A stretch of DNA of 63,325 nucleotides, the filler included, from Nemertoderma westbladi (taxonomy: Eukaryota > Animalia > Xenacoelomorpha), in NCBI GenBank assembly GCA_032718475.1. It is 4 parts of 4 records of this genome, joined end to end, with 100 filler letters (N's around TTAATTAATTAA, not from the genome) between each part and the next. Parts side by side here need not be neighbours in the genome. Positions count along the whole stretch, not along the records: positions 60,073 to 63,325 come from JAUCBJ010008398.1; 3 more parts are not named here. One strand, 5' to 3'. This document shows, one piece after another, positions 62,964 to 63,325 of the stretch. Within the stretch, counting starts at the first letter, position 1. The number at the start of each line of letters is the position of its first letter. A model generated the notes under the pieces. That model had not been told where the DNA came from and did not search any database. It worked only from the letters and a program-made list of their open reading frames with translations. The position numbers and the translations under genes were made by a program.

Positions 62964-63325
62964 AGCCCTAAACCCCCTAAATCTTACAAACAACTATTTA
63001 ACTATAATATCACTAGAATACTACTATATAGAATAATTGTCAGACTAAATTTATTTTGATGGTACATTCATTAAAAAACTGAACCCATTATCAAACAAAA
63101 CAATGGAATAATATATATTAAATTAAGTGTAATAAAAGAGATACCGATAGCGACATTTTTGTAGATTGAAAAGATAAAACAATTAACCAGAGATTCACCA
63201 GTTTGTGTTCGGATCCCTATTTCCTGTGGTGTCGATCTTGTTTTCTACGGAGCCTCTGCTAGGACATGAAATCTTCATTTTTTGTTTTTTTACTTAATAT
63301 GCATGTCCTCTATCTCAATATAGAT

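Overview
AT-rich, repeat-dense eukaryotic DNA, most likely from an invertebrate animal; no prokaryotic features. The window is four unrelated contigs (1-19641, 19742-33577, 33678-59972, 60073-63325) joined by artificial 100-bp N-TTAATTAATTAA-N linkers. Host genes: a complete two-exon CFAP77, a three-exon small secreted PAN/Apple-domain gene, three identical tRNA-Gly(GCC) genes and an intronless C2H2/acidic ORF. The rest is mostly nested mobile DNA: non-LTR retrotransposons (Rex1/Babar-like, CR1/Crack-like, two RTE families), hAT remnants, IS3EU-type integrase remnants, foldback/MITE elements, Deu/Nin-type and tRNA-derived SINEs, and satellites. The most notable structure is a fully delimited 3.4-kb element (36611-40006). 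It has TAT...ATA ends, an exact 6-bp target-site duplication and roughly 550-700-bp inverted repeats built from tandem arrays. It carries no transposase but does carry a decayed zinc-ribbon + HECT E3 ubiquitin-ligase gene. Family assignments come from motif recognition, not database searches.
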